Part shown: positions 7,334 through 7,611 of the stretch, piece by piece | Layout: every line of letters starts with the position of its first letter | Numbering within the stretch: the stretch's first letter is position 1 | Origin: Octopus sinensis | Lineage: Eukaryota | Assembly: GCF_006345805.1 (NCBI RefSeq) | Contig: NW_021828717.1 | Coordinates: forward strand, 1 to 7,611 | Reading direction: 5' to 3' | DNA length: 7,611 bases | The notes under the pieces: generated by a model | Seen by the model: the letters and a program-made list of their open reading frames with translations, nothing else | Told to the model about the DNA's origin: nothing | Database searches by the model: none | Translations under genes and position numbers: made by a program

Positions 7334-7585
7334 GTGTGTGTATGTTTGTGTGTCAGTATTTGCCTCCCCCCCACATCGCTTGACAACCGATGCTGGTGTG
7401 TTTACGTCCCCATAACTTAGCGGTTCGGCAAAAAAGACCGATAGTATAAGTACTGGGCTTACAAAAGAATAAGTCCCGGGGTCGAGTTAAATAAAAGAAA
7501 AAGTTTTTGAAAATCTCAGAAAAGTTAAAGGCGGTGCTCCAGCATGGCCGCACGTCGAATGACTGAAACAAGTAAAAGAGAGAGA
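7139..7585 (+). mobile_element. tRNA-derived SINE (family A), near full length, with internal (TA)n/(TG)n tract
   Basis: A-box-like TGGCTGTGTAGT (7143-7154), B box GGTTCAGTCCC (7186-7196), CORE-like GGGCAAGTGTCTT, internal microsatellite ~7297-7352, 3' tail GGCGGTGCTCCAGCATGG...GACTGAAACAAGTAAAAG. Homologous pieces occur elsewhere in the window. Confidence 0.85.
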
Positions 7586-7611
7586 AAGATATATAATATT
7601 TATATATATAT

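Overview
AT-rich, non-coding eukaryotic DNA made almost entirely of microsatellites and transposable-element copies. The SINE families and repeat landscape look like a coleoid cephalopod, probably Octopus (recognised from memory, not from a database search). There is no intact protein-coding gene. Nearly all listed ORFs are translations of (AAT)n, (TA)n or (TATG)n repeats or of TE sequence. The most interesting feature is a young ~930-bp non-coding element (3964-4890) built from a 480-nt unit. The unit carries a type I hammerhead ribozyme with a palindromic helix III and is arranged as a partial tandem repeat plus an inverted truncated copy, so one hammerhead lies on each strand. This matches Penelope-like pseudo-LTR or non-LTR retrozyme architecture. 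The element and a neighbouring ~460-bp fold-back sit inside the internal (TA)n tract of a tRNA-derived SINE, which they split into two halves 1.6 kb apart. Also present: three copies of a second SINE family (one with a duplicated central domain), an intact copy of the first SINE, two mariner-derived MITEs retaining the transposase C-terminus, and a decayed CR1-like LINE 3' end sharing its tail motif with the SINE.
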